In this document: positions 26,960-37,024 of the stretch, in pieces
How the letters are laid out: each line of letters opens with the position of its first letter
Position numbering within the stretch: position 1 is the stretch's first letter
From: an uncultured Arcobacter sp.
GTDB lineage: Bacteria; Campylobacterota; Campylobacteria; Campylobacterales; Arcobacteraceae
DNA: 64,000 nucleotides
Direction of reading: 5' to 3'
Assembly: GCA_965140705.1 (NCBI GenBank)
Contig: OZ223302.1
Coordinates: 608,001 to 672,000 of the forward strand
The notes under the pieces: model-generated
Database searches by the model: none
The model's input: only the letters and a program-made list of their open reading frames with translations
Told to the model about the DNA's origin: nothing
Translations under genes and position numbers: made by a program

Positions 26960-29482
26960 TCAAATTTTATCTATTTTTATACTATCTTTTCCGTGAAATT
27001 CTTTTTCATCTGCATGTGAAACTATTCTTTTTGATATGATATCAGTTTCTCTCGCAACTTCATTTGTATTTTGAGCGATTGAAGCATTTTCTTGGGTTTG
27101 TTTATCCAAAGTTGCAACTGTTTGTGCTATTTGTGAGATTCCAGCTTGTTGTTCTTTTGAAGAGGTAGAAACCATTTGAATCAGCTCCATTGTATTATTA
27201 ATATTAGAACTTAATTTCGTATAACCATCAATCATAGTATCTGCAATATTTTTCCCCTCATTTGCTTTTAAATTTGCACTTTCAACTAAATTTTTAATCT
27301 CTTTTGCTGCTTCTGTTGATCTATTTGCCAAGTTTCTTACTTCTTGTGCAACAACTGCAAATCCTTTACCAGCTTCTCCTGCAGTTGCTGCTTCAACGGC
27401 TGCATTAAGAGATAGAATATTTGTTTGGAAAGCTATTTGGTCTATCACTGTTATCGCTTCATTTATAGCTGTTACTTGAGAATTTATTTCATCCATAGCT
27501 AAAGTTGTTTTTTTAGCTAGTTCTTCTCCTTTTTCAACAGAATCATTTACTTCATGGGAATAATCAGCCATTTTCTGTACGTTTTCATTATTTGATAAAA
27601 GATTACTATTTATCTCTTCTAAAGCAGCAGAGGTCTCTTCAATAGATGCAGCAGCAGAGTTTGTATTTCTAGATAAAGTAGCAACACCTTCAATTAGTAC
27701 ATTAGAACTCTGGTCAAGTTTCATACCATTTGTTTTATTATCAATCAACATATTTGTTATAGAATCACCTAAATTATTAACACCATTCGCTAGTTGTAGT
27801 AACTGTTCTTTAAGACCTGTTGTACTTACTTTTTCTAAGTAGTGGTAGTTTGTATATTTGTCTAATACACTTAAAATATTATTGATATTAAGTTCAAGAT
27901 TATCTACCATCTTATTTAGTACATTTTTTAATTGACTTAATGATGGATTTAAAGAATCAGATTGAATTCTTTTATTTAAATCACCTTTTTCAAATCCAGA
28001 TAAAACATTTACAATTTCATCTATCAATTCTCTATCTTTTTCAATTCCCACTTTTGTTCTATTAATATTTTCATTTACAACTTTTGACATTTTACCAAGT
28101 TCGTCTTCACTACTATCATCCAAATAATCAATTTGTTTTGTCTCATTATTTAGATATTTGAAAAATGAAATTATCCCATTTTCAAAATTCTTAAGGGGTT
28201 TCAAAATAGTATTTCTTAAAAAAGTTATTGATATACCTATTATTACGATTAGAACTATTACAGATATAATCATTAAGGTAATATTCAAATTAAAAATATC
28301 TTTTAAAGCTTCATCTTCTTGTATTTGAGAAATAATTGCCCATTGTTTATCAAATACTTTTATTCCTGTATAAGCAGTAAGTACATCATTACCTTTGTTA
28401 TCAACTGTAATACCTGCTCCTGTTTTATTTTTTAGTGCTTGTTTTATTAAATCATTTTTAATTTCATATAAGGAAATGGTTGTATTAGCACTTTTCACAC
28501 TTTTATTATCTATATTTTTAATAAATCGATGATTACTTCTCATCTTATAATCACTTCCTAAAAGATAACTAATTCCTGTATCTCCTAACCCTGACTCCTC
28601 ATACTTTCCTTCAAAATTCATAATTTTATCTATAGAAGCGGGTGATAACTCTATGATTAAATTTCCTACTCTTCTATTTTCACTATTAAAAACAGGTGAT
28701 GCTAAAAAAGATGCAGGCATATTATAACTTGGCTCAAAAGGTTTAAAATCAGAAAAAGCAACTTTTCCTTTTTCAAGTTTGTATGCTTCTTCATTTACTT
28801 TTGCTAATGCACTATTTGAATAAACTCCCTCTTTCAAGTTTGTACCAAAATCTTTTTCTTTAGCAGTTGTATAAACCACATTTCCCATCATATCGACTAA
28901 AATAACATCATATAGTGAAAATTTTTCTAATAAGGTATTAAATGTAGGATGAAATCTCATGTGGGCAAAAGTATAATTATTAAGGAATAATGTAGTTTGA
29001 CTCATTTTGTTTTTTTCGCCAATTTTAGCTTCATTTTTTATAATATATATATATTGGGCCATAAGTCCATTTTTATTTTTAGGTAAATACTCTTCAAGAG
29101 CTCTTTTTTTAGGAACATTTGGTAAATCAAAATTAATTTTATTTATATATGAATTTTTATAATGCTCTAATACCTCTTTTTTTACTTCATCTATATTTTC
29201 AACATCATTTCCAATAGTATAAAAACCTCTTATGAGATTTTTCATTGCATCTTGGGTAGAAGCAGAGTTTGCGGTAGATACCAATAATCCTTCAATCGTT
29301 TTAAAGTAATCAGAGATATGTTGTTTTTTTGCAGAAACAATTGATTTTAACTGATTTAGTTTCTCATTTTCAGTATTTGTTGTACTTTTATACGCCGTAA
29401 TTACCAAAATAATTGAAGAAAGTAAAACCAAGCTTATTATAATAAGACTTATAAGTTTAAAATTGATTGTCAATTTTTTCAT
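26960..29482 (-). CDS. Methyl-accepting chemotaxis protein (large Cache sensor, HAMP)
   Basis: Two TM segments, HAMP (DELGKM), MCP hairpin [17 protein letters not shown]. Confidence 0.95.
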   Translation of the reverse strand: MKKLTINFKLISLIIISLVLLSSIILVITAYKSTTNTENEKLNQLKSIVSAKKQHISDYFKTIEGLLVSTANSASTQDAMKNLIRGFYTIGNDVENIDEVKKEVLEHYKNSYINKINFDLPNVPKKRALEEYLPKNKNGLMAQYIYIIKNEAKIGEKNKMSQTTLFLNNYTFAHMRFHPTFNTLLEKFSLYDVILVDMMGNVVYTTAKEKDFGTNLKEGVYSNSALAKVNEEAYKLEKGKVAFSDFKPFEPSYNMPASFLASPVFNSENRRVGNLIIELSPASIDKIMNFEGKYEESGLGDTGISYLLGSDYKMRSNHRFIKNIDNKSVKSANTTISLYEIKNDLIKQALKNKTGAGITVDNKGNDVLTAYTGIKVFDKQWAIISQIQEDEALKDIFNLNITLMIISVIVLIVIIGISITFLRNTILKPLKNFENGIISFFKYLNNETKQIDYLDDSSEDELGKMSKVVNENINRTKVGIEKDRELIDEIVNVLSGFEKGDLNKRIQSDSLNPSLSQLKNVLNKMVDNLELNINNILSVLDKYTNYHYLEKVSTTGLKEQLLQLANGVNNLGDSITNMLIDNKTNGMKLDQSSNVLIEGVATLSRNTNSAAASIEETSAALEEINSNLLSNNENVQKMADYSHEVNDSVEKGEELAKKTTLAMDEINSQVTAINEAITVIDQIAFQTNILSLNAAVEAATAGEAGKGFAVVAQEVRNLANRSTEAAKEIKNLVESANLKANEGKNIADTMIDGYTKLSSNINNTMELIQMVSTSSKEQQAGISQIAQTVATLDKQTQENASIAQNTNEVARETDIISKRIVSHADEKEFHGKDSIKIDKI

Positions 29483-29611
29483 CTTTTGTAATCCTTTTCA
29501 CCTGTAATTATTTGTTTTGGGCTAATTATTACTAAAGACTGTATTCAAATAGTATCTTTATGATTTTTTTTTGTTATTTATTATTTATAAGAAGAGATTA
29601 TAAGAGAATTT

Positions 29612-29639
29612 GGGGGGGCAAGTTCAAGTGAACTTAGCC
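29612..29639. repeat. G7 tract fused to hairpin GGC-AAGTTC-AAGT-GAACTTAGCC
   Basis: Near-identical to the hairpin at 25667-25690. Confidence 0.6.
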
Positions 29640-29644
29640 AATTT

Positions 29645-30898
29645 TTAAAATAGCATATCACTACTCGAATTTTTATCTTTTGATTTTAATTTATCCATTT
29701 TAAATTTCAAGTATGAAGTATTTACATTATGAAAGTCAACATTTTTTGAAAAGTCTTCTTTTTTTGTTATTTGATTTATAATCACTTCCATTGATTCGAT
29801 ATTTTTTATCTCTAATTCTTCTTCAAGTTCTCCATAAGTACTCATAAGTGAATCAAAGGCATAGTGATAATCATAAGCTAATGAACCCTTATCATTGAGA
29901 AGTTTTTTTATAAAAACCCATCTATCAAAGATTATAGACCAAGCCTTTTTTTGTTCAGTTGTTGCACATAAATTAGAAATAATCTCTTTCCATTTAAATA
30001 AGGCAAAATAGGCTTGATGACTAACCCACAACTCTCTTATCCACCAATCTTGATATTTTGGAAATCCTGAAAAAGTTTTTAGCTTTACTTCTGGAATCTT
30101 TATTTCTTTTAGTTTATTGAGTTCATTATTAAGACTTTTTATAATAGATTCAAGTTCTTTTATCTCTTCTTTATCACTATTTTCTTCGGATTGTTTTTCT
30201 TTTAGTAACTCTTCTTTTTCTGCTAAAGAGGTTGTGAATTTTTCTCTTTTTGCATTTATCTCATTTACCACTGCTTCTTTTTTTTGCAAAGCTCTTTCAT
30301 TATCAAATTCAATATTATCTATTATATTTGAACTTAATACATAAAAATGCAGAACAACAATTGGAAGAAAAAAATCAATAGTTGAGAGTTCTTGTATATT
30401 TTTTTCATCTATTTGATCTTTTATTGCTTTAAACTCACTTTTTATATCTTCCAATTTTTTACTAATATCATTTAAATCACCAAGACCCAACTCAATTGAT
30501 TTTGTAGCCATTTCAAATAGTTCTTTATCTTCAAAATTCACATCTATAGGTAATTCTTCTATTATTCTTAAAGCTTCTAATTTTTTATCATTGCTTTGTT
30601 CAACATTTAACTTTATTCGAGAAGGTTGTGCATCAAAATACTTCTTTCTTTCAGCAAGGAAAACGAGTCTTTCTTTCTCTTCTAATTCCTTTCCTTCAAT
30701 TGATTGAAGTTGTTCTAGCATTTTTTTATATTTTTCCACAAGCTCTGTTGCTATTTCTAAAGAGTTTTCTGATGAAGCAAGAGCCATTCGAGAAAGTTTA
30801 TTGATACCCGCTTCATGATTTTTTATTTGTTGTTTTTGTAAAGTTATTTTTGTTTCATTTTCTTTGATAAGTGCTTCTAGTGCGACAATACTTTCCAT
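29645..30898 (-). CDS. Hypothetical coiled-coil-rich protein
   Basis: 417-aa ORF with AAGGA RBS and host-like codon use; no family recognised. Confidence 0.8.
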   Translation of the reverse strand: MESIVALEALIKENETKITLQKQQIKNHEAGINKLSRMALASSENSLEIATELVEKYKKMLEQLQSIEGKELEEKERLVFLAERKKYFDAQPSRIKLNVEQSNDKKLEALRIIEELPIDVNFEDKELFEMATKSIELGLGDLNDISKKLEDIKSEFKAIKDQIDEKNIQELSTIDFFLPIVVLHFYVLSSNIIDNIEFDNERALQKKEAVVNEINAKREKFTTSLAEKEELLKEKQSEENSDKEEIKELESIIKSLNNELNKLKEIKIPEVKLKTFSGFPKYQDWWIRELWVSHQAYFALFKWKEIISNLCATTEQKKAWSIIFDRWVFIKKLLNDKGSLAYDYHYAFDSLMSTYGELEEELEIKNIESMEVIINQITKKEDFSKNVDFHNVNTSYLKFKMDKLKSKDKNSSSDMLF

Positions 30899-31185
30899 GC
30901 TAGTTTTCCTTTAGGAATATTCTCCAAAATTATTTAATCCAAGCATTTAACAAGTCTGAGTTAGAATCAGAATTATTTTTTATACTTCCACTACTATTCT
31001 TAAATTTAATTATACATTTATTTTATACTTATGCTTACTCTTTATATTGTAAATTTCAATTAATAGTTTATTAAAAAGTATAATTATTTTATTTAGTCAT
31101 ATTTAGATTATACTAATATGTCTATTTAATTTTTATTTAAAGGAAAAAACTATACAATTCTTAAATATAGTTGAAAGGATAAATC

Positions 31186-31905
31186 ATGCAAGTAAAAGAA
31201 TTACCTGAACCTACTCCCTTAGATGAAGAGACCATAAAAGCAATAAGAGCAGCTAGGGAAAAAGTAGAGCAAGAAAGAAAAGAATATGTTCCCACAAGTG
31301 ATCAATTAAAAGAAAATCCTTGGTTAAAAAATGCAGCAACTGGTCTTAATAAAGTCTCAGATATTATTAAAGATTATGAAAATGGTGTTGATGGCTCAGG
31401 AAAATTTACATTGTCAAAATTAACAAATACTTCCGCAGATATATTAAATGATAAAAATGAAACTATAGGTACTTATGGCATTTTTACAAAAGTAGAAGAA
31501 ACAACTACACACCTAGCTTGGGATGATGAAAATTATATAAGAAAAGGGACAACAGAGACTAATAGTATGAGTTTTAACTACACATATAATTCATACGAAA
31601 GCAATCGTTTTGAAAGTGCTAACATAAAATTCGATGTTAAAAATGCAGATAAAGAAATTGATTTTAATAAGCTCTATGATAAATTAAAAAACGACAAAGA
31701 GTTTGAAAAAGACTTTATATCTAGTTTGGACGATTATATTAATAGTAATGATGCTAGAAAACTAATTAATTATTTAAAACAAGCTTTAGAAATTGAAAAT
31801 GCAACTTTAAGTATAAAAGAGCCTAGTGATTTAGCAACATATGGGAATAAAGGAAACTTAAATTCAATGGAAAATAATAGTTCACATTTAAGTCTTTTAG
31901 CATAA
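31186..31905 (+). CDS. Hypothetical protein
   Basis: 239-aa ORF with AAAGGA RBS; no family recognised. Confidence 0.75.
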   Translation: MQVKELPEPTPLDEETIKAIRAAREKVEQERKEYVPTSDQLKENPWLKNAATGLNKVSDIIKDYENGVDGSGKFTLSKLTNTSADILNDKNETIGTYGIFTKVEETTTHLAWDDENYIRKGTTETNSMSFNYTYNSYESNRFESANIKFDVKNADKEIDFNKLYDKLKNDKEFEKDFISSLDDYINSNDARKLINYLKQALEIENATLSIKEPSDLATYGNKGNLNSMENNSSHLSLLA

Positions 31906-31945
31906 TATATAAACTACAAGAGGAATAGATTTTATTTTACTACTA

Positions 31946-31969
31946 TCTAAGAGGTCACTTCCTCTTAGA
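31946..31969. terminator. Hairpin between convergent genes
   Basis: TCTAAGAGG-TCACTT-CCTCTTAGA, 9-bp stem. Confidence 0.6.
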
Positions 31970-31982
31970 ATAAATATTTTTA

Positions 31983-32255
31983 TTAACTCATTGCTAAATG
32001 AGTATATATTGCTCTAAAAGATTCATCAATAGATTCTTTGTGTTCAGCAAATTCCTCTTTACTAGCCTTACCTAATGCTTCTAATTTTGCTTTCCCCTCT
32101 TTTATTTTTATCTCTACTGTTTGAATTTGTTTATCTATTTCAGCATTAGCTTTTGTATCCGATGGAGATAATTTAGATTTTAACTCTTTTAGTTTCCCCT
32201 CACACTCATCTAATTGAAGTTGCTTTGCTTCTAAATATTCTTTAATATCTTTCAT
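31983..32255 (-). CDS. Small coiled-coil protein (sll1863-like pattern)
   Basis: EYLEAKQLQLDE...KLEALGKASKEEFAEHKESIDE pattern; AAGGA RBS. Confidence 0.65.
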   Translation of the reverse strand: MKDIKEYLEAKQLQLDECEGKLKELKSKLSPSDTKANAEIDKQIQTVEIKIKEGKAKLEALGKASKEEFAEHKESIDESFRAIYTHLAMS

Positions 32256-32389
32256 CCTAATTCCTTTTACTTAAATTTGTTTCTATCATTATTATAATAC
32301 TTTATCTACCTATTATCAATAATTAATAATAAAATTACATCAGAAAATTTATTATTAGCATTAAGATTTTGTTAAAATTTGTAACAATA

Positions 32390-32854
32390 TCACTTAAAAC
32401 TCTTTAATATAACCATATCATCAAGAGAGTTTGATTTTCTTTTTCTAAATCTTTCTAAAAAAAGACGAAAATCATCTATCTCTGATTCTTTCCATACATT
32501 AAGCAAGTATTTTCTAATTAGTTCATCTTTATAAGAAGCATCACTTTCTTCTTCATCATTTATTTTAACTTTTTTAACATTTTTTAAAATATTTGAAAGT
32601 GCCTCATCTATGATTTCATTTTTATCATAACTTTTTGTATTCATTTTTTCTATTTCTTCTGATTGTGTTTGATTTGAGTTATTTGAGTTATTTGAGTTAT
32701 CTTTTGCAACTGAACTTAGACTAAGATGAATAGAATCGTTTGAGTCATCATTTTCATTTTGAATAGGTGAACTATTACCTATATTGACATTATTTTGAAA
32801 TACTTTAATACCCTGACTTACTGTTGCAAACGAATTAGTTGAGTTTATTGTCAT
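32390..32854 (-). CDS. Hypothetical protein with N/S-rich low-complexity N-terminus
   Basis: ATG at 32854 follows AAAAGGA and is preferred over 32923. Contains (ATTTGAGTT)x3 at 32672-32698. Confidence 0.65.
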   Translation of the reverse strand: MTINSTNSFATVSQGIKVFQNNVNIGNSSPIQNENDDSNDSIHLSLSSVAKDNSNNSNNSNQTQSEEIEKMNTKSYDKNEIIDEALSNILKNVKKVKINDEEESDASYKDELIRKYLLNVWKESEIDDFRLFLERFRKRKSNSLDDMVILKSFK

Positions 32855-32967
32855 AATAGTATCCTTTTCTCCAATTCTTATAAATAGTTTAACCATTGTA
32901 TTACAATAATATAATTTTGTCAATTATTTTTATATAATAATAATTATCTAAAAATATTCTATTTTTA

Positions 32968-32984
32968 ATGATAAATTTTATCAT
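32968..32984. promoter_or_regulatory. Fur/PerR-like box ATGATAAA-T-TTTATCAT
   Basis: Perfect 8-1-8 palindrome close to the TGATAATnATTATCA consensus, upstream of the peroxidase. Confidence 0.6.
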
Positions 32985-33066
32985 CTAATAAGTTTTATTT
33001 AATTTAAAATCTAATAAAATACTTTAAGGGCAATTTAATTTGTTCTAAAAATTTTAAGGAGACATT

Positions 33067-34101
33067 ATGAAAAAGTTTGTATTGACAAGTACCCTAGTGC
33101 TTTTTTCAGCCGTAAGTTTGTTTGGAATGACAGATTCTGCTTTATTAGAAAAAGCAAAAAATTCAGGTTTAAAAGCAATTCCTCAAAGTGAGTTAGAGAT
33201 CCTAAAATTGGTAGATGACCCTAATAATCCTATTACAGCTAAAAAAGTAGAATTAGGTAAAAAACTTTATTTTGAGCCAAGATTATCAAAAAGTGGTCTT
33301 ATCTCATGTAATACCTGCCATAATTTAGCAATGGGTGGAGTAGATGGAGTTTCAGCTGCAATTGGACATAAATGGACAGCAAATCCTCATCACTTAAACT
33401 CACCAACTGTTTACAACTCTGTTTTAAATAAAGTACAGTTTTGGAATGGTAGATCTCCACACTTAGAAGATCAAGCTCAAGGACCTATTCAAGCAGGTCC
33501 AGAAATGGCAGCACCTTCAAAGCTAGTTGTAAATAGAGTTACATCTATGAAAGGTTATGTTAATGAGTTCAAAGATACCTATGGAGATAACGTAAAAATT
33601 GATTTTAAACTTATCGCAGATACTATTGCTGTATTTGAAAGAACACTTATTACACCTTCAAGATATGATGATTTTATGAATGGAAATCTATCATCACTAT
33701 CAAAAGAAGAAAAAAAAGGTTTAAATTTATTTATTGACAAAGGATGTATTGGATGTCACAATGATATTGGATTGGGTGGAACTATGCAACCATTTGCAAC
33801 AGCCGCTAAATACAAATTTGCAAATTTAGGTGATTTTAAAGGAGATAAAAATGGGATGGTTAAAACTCCAACTTTAAGAAACATTGAAGAGACAGCTCCT
33901 TATTTTCATAATGGTGGAGTTTGGTCTTTAAAAGAAGCAGTAAAAGTAATGGGTTCTACTCAACTAGGTTTAAAAATTTCTGATAATGATGCAAAAGAAA
34001 TAGTAACTTTTCTTAAATCACTTACAGGTGAAAAACCAAAAATTACATATCCAATCCTTCCTATTGCTACAAAAACAACACCAAAACCAGATATGAATTA
34101 A
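33067..34101 (+). CDS. Di-haem cytochrome c peroxidase
   Basis: Signal peptide, CNTCH and CIGCH, LNSPTVYN, QFWNGR, KTPTLRN and PYFHNG. Confidence 0.95.
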   Translation: MKKFVLTSTLVLFSAVSLFGMTDSALLEKAKNSGLKAIPQSELEILKLVDDPNNPITAKKVELGKKLYFEPRLSKSGLISCNTCHNLAMGGVDGVSAAIGHKWTANPHHLNSPTVYNSVLNKVQFWNGRSPHLEDQAQGPIQAGPEMAAPSKLVVNRVTSMKGYVNEFKDTYGDNVKIDFKLIADTIAVFERTLITPSRYDDFMNGNLSSLSKEEKKGLNLFIDKGCIGCHNDIGLGGTMQPFATAAKYKFANLGDFKGDKNGMVKTPTLRNIEETAPYFHNGGVWSLKEAVKVMGSTQLGLKISDNDAKEIVTFLKSLTGEKPKITYPILPIATKTTPKPDMN

Positions 34102-34112
34102 TTATTTATATA

Positions 34113-34142
34113 AAAGACATAGATTTTAGAATCTATGTCTTT
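34113..34142. terminator. Bidirectional terminator between ccp and marR
   Basis: AAAGACATAGATT-TTAG-AATCTATGTCTTT, 13-bp stem. Confidence 0.8.
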
Positions 34143-34148
34143 AAAAAA

Positions 34149-34625
34149 TTATTCAATTGCAGTTAATAATTTTTTTAAAAGTACTTTCAAACTTCTTTTT
34201 TCTTCTTCACTTAGTATTCCATATACTTTATTATCCTCAACTACAAAAATATCCAGTACCTCAGCTGCTAACTTTGCACCCTTTTCTTCAAGTTGTACAA
34301 GCATACTTCTTTTATCTTTTTTATCAGCTATTCTACTTATGTACTTATTTTCTTCCAATTTTTTTAAAACTTTTGTCATACCACCAGAAGAGAAAATTGT
34401 ACTTTCATATAACTCTGTTGGAGATTGAATATATCCATTAAAATAGAGACTAACAAGCACATCTATTTCTGAATGATTTATGCAATAATTATCTTTCATT
34501 ATATTTTCATGCTTATTAAACATACTTTTATAAATCAAAGTTAAAGGTAAAGAAATAGCAAAGCATTCATACTTTGAGTCTTCCTCTATATTTTCATAAC
34601 AATTTTTTATATAATTTTTATTCAT
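34149..34625 (-). CDS. MarR-family transcriptional regulator
   Basis: SPTEL, SSGGMTKVLKKLE and DKRSMLVQLEEKG. Apparent extended -10 (TGtTATTCT) 6 nt before the ATG suggests a leaderless mRNA. Confidence 0.92.
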   Translation of the reverse strand: MNKNYIKNCYENIEEDSKYECFAISLPLTLIYKSMFNKHENIMKDNYCINHSEIDVLVSLYFNGYIQSPTELYESTIFSSGGMTKVLKKLEENKYISRIADKKDKRSMLVQLEEKGAKLAAEVLDIFVVEDNKVYGILSEEEKRSLKVLLKKLLTAIE

Positions 34626-34649
34626 GATGCAAGAATAACATAAAAAAGA

Positions 34650-34681
34650 TTAAATATATCTTTCTCGCAAGATATATTTAA
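34650..34681. promoter_or_regulatory. Candidate MarR operator TTAAATATATCTT-N6-AAGATATATTTAA
   Basis: Perfect 13-bp arms in the 95-bp divergent spacer between marR and the efflux operon. Confidence 0.7.
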
Positions 34682-34720
34682 GCTATAAGATGCTATCTTT
34701 TCACAAAAAAAAGGAGTAAA

Positions 34721-35953
34721 ATGAAAAAAATACATTTATTATTTTTCTTACCTATTTTTTTATGGAGTCAAGATTTAAGTGAATTGATAAATATTTCTCA
34801 AAAAAATAAACTAATTCAATCTTCACAAGAAACAGTAGAATCTATAAAAGATGAATACAGTAGTGTAAAAAGATCATATTTACCAAATGTAAGTATTGGA
34901 ACTTCTTATCAAAATACTAATAGAGAGAGTCAAAGTATGCCTGCAAATGGTTATACCTCTTATGCAAAAGTTGGATTAACACTATATGATGGAAACAAAA
35001 GATATAACTTATTTAAAAGTTACAAATCATATATAAAAAGTTCTAAAGAGAATTTATCTGCTCTTAAAAATGAAGTTGCACTTGATGTAGTAAATTATTA
35101 TTATCAATATCTAACTTTAGAAGCTCAAAAAGATGCTAAACAAAAAGAGATAGAACAATTAAAATCAGAAGGAAATAGAGTCAAAAACTTTGTGGATGTT
35201 GGTTCTGCTACGACTGATGAATATGATAAAATCGAATCAAGAATTCAAAGTTCAATTTTCGATCTTAATCAAATTGAATTGAATATTATAACAGTGTTAC
35301 ATACTCTTGAATATGTAACGGGTCAAGAAGTTAGTATAACTGCTGGGTCTTCTATAAAAGATATTAATACAAATAGTGATTTAAAAGCACAAAGACCTGA
35401 TCTTAAATCTTTGGAATACAATATAGAAAAATTAAAATATGATGCAAGACAAGAGAAAAGTGGTTATTTACCAAAAATCACCTTGGATAATACATACTCA
35501 TATTATGATAGAAACTATAAAGACAACTCTATTCCAGAAGAATATAAAGATCAAAATGTATTTACTGTAAATCTTTCATGGGATATTTTCAACTTTAATT
35601 CTACAGGTAAAAAATATAGTGCAAAATATAAAGAATATTTAAGTAAAAGATCAAACTATGAATACCAAAAGAAAAAAGCTGATACAGAATTAAAAACAGC
35701 ACTAAAAACTTATGAAATAGGGAAAATCAAAGTAAAAGCAGCAAAGGCATCTTTGAAAGCAGCAACGAGCGTATATGATTCAATAAAATCAAAATACCAA
35801 AATGGACTTGTGGATAATGTTACTTTTCTAGAAGCACTAACTGAAAAATATGATGCTTTAAGTCAATTAAAAAGTTCACAATATGATTTAGAAATTAACA
35901 AAGCCACAATAATTTATTATAGTGGGAAAAATGTAGGAGATTATATAGAATGA
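34721..35953 (+). CDS. TolC-family outer membrane efflux protein
   Basis: Signal peptide, two OEP repeats (YLPNVS, YLPKIT), first gene of the RND operon. Confidence 0.9.
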   Translation: MKKIHLLFFLPIFLWSQDLSELINISQKNKLIQSSQETVESIKDEYSSVKRSYLPNVSIGTSYQNTNRESQSMPANGYTSYAKVGLTLYDGNKRYNLFKSYKSYIKSSKENLSALKNEVALDVVNYYYQYLTLEAQKDAKQKEIEQLKSEGNRVKNFVDVGSATTDEYDKIESRIQSSIFDLNQIELNIITVLHTLEYVTGQEVSITAGSSIKDINTNSDLKAQRPDLKSLEYNIEKLKYDARQEKSGYLPKITLDNTYSYYDRNYKDNSIPEEYKDQNVFTVNLSWDIFNFNSTGKKYSAKYKEYLSKRSNYEYQKKKADTELKTALKTYEIGKIKVKAAKASLKAATSVYDSIKSKYQNGLVDNVTFLEALTEKYDALSQLKSSQYDLEINKATIIYYSGKNVGDYIE

Positions 35954-37023
35954 AGAAAATATTAGTAGGTTTATTTATTTTAGGATTAAACTTTTTATTT
36001 GCAGCTGGACAACAAATGCCTCCGCTTCCTGTAAAAGCCTATACTGTAAACACAAGTGAGACAATAGTAGAAAAGGATTATCCTGCTTTAATAAAATCAA
36101 AAAGTGAGGTAAATATTATTGCTAGGGTTCCTGGAAAACTAGTAAAAAAATATTTTAATGATGGAGATTTTGTAAAAAAAGGTACTTTATTGTACAAAAT
36201 AGAGCAAGATACTTATCAAGCAAATTTAAATGCAGCACAAGCACAATTAGATAAAGCAGAAGCTTTACTTACAAAAGCTACAAAAGATTGGAAAAGAGCA
36301 GAAAAACTATTTGCTTCAAAATCTATAAGTGAACAATCAAAAGATGATTACCTATACACATATCAAGATGCCTTAGCTGATGTAAAAAATTATAAAGCAA
36401 AAGTACAAGATGCAAAAATTAATTATCAATATACACTAATAAGATCACCTATAAATGGTCTAACTGGTAAAAGTGCTTTTGATGAAGGGAATTATGTAGG
36501 TTCAAATGAAAATAATGCAAAATTATTAACTATAACAAATACAAATCCTGTATATGTAGAGTTTTCTTTACCTCAAAAAGATATTGCTAAATATTTAGAT
36601 CAAATAAAAAAAGGTAGTGTTAGTTTTAGTATTTCTGCAAATGGGAAAACTTATTCTGACGGTAAACTAAATTTTGTCTCATCAAAAATTGATACAGACA
36701 CAGATAGTTTATTATTAAGAACAACTTTTGGAAATAAAAATAATGAACTTATTATTGGTGGTTATTCAACAATAGAAATAAAAAATATAAAAATAAAAAA
36801 TGTTTTCACTATCCCAGAAATTGCCATTTTACAATCAGCTAATGGAGCAGCAGTTTATGTAATTGAAAATGGTGTTGCTACAATTAGACCTATTAAAATT
36901 GGTAATTTAACTTCAAGTGGAGTGCTTGTTAAATCTGGGTTAAAAGCTGGAGATAAGATTATTATTAGTAATATTGCAAAAGTAAGACCAAATGCTCCTG
37001 TTCAAATAATAGGAAATAAATAA
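35950..37023 (+). CDS. RND efflux periplasmic adaptor (MFP)
   Basis: IIARVPG...DGDFVKKGTLLY, IRSPING and GLKAGDKII. Confidence 0.93.
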   Translation: MKKILVGLFILGLNFLFAAGQQMPPLPVKAYTVNTSETIVEKDYPALIKSKSEVNIIARVPGKLVKKYFNDGDFVKKGTLLYKIEQDTYQANLNAAQAQLDKAEALLTKATKDWKRAEKLFASKSISEQSKDDYLYTYQDALADVKNYKAKVQDAKINYQYTLIRSPINGLTGKSAFDEGNYVGSNENNAKLLTITNTNPVYVEFSLPQKDIAKYLDQIKKGSVSFSISANGKTYSDGKLNFVSSKIDTDTDSLLLRTTFGNKNNELIIGGYSTIEIKNIKIKNVFTIPEIAILQSANGAAVYVIENGVATIRPIKIGNLTSSGVLVKSGLKAGDKIIISNIAKVRPNAPVQIIGNK

Positions 37024-37024
37024 T

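Noticed and set aside
32369..32387. TTGTTA-N7-TAACAA palindrome resembling a GlnR/TnrA box
   Set aside because: Short and AT-rich, sits right after a stop codon, and those regulators are not expected in this lineage. I cannot distinguish it from chance or a weak terminator.
32672..32698. (ATTTGAGTT)x3 tandem repeat
   Set aside because: In-frame 9-bp low-complexity repeat (NSN). It has no spacers, so it is not CRISPR, and it does not shift the frame.
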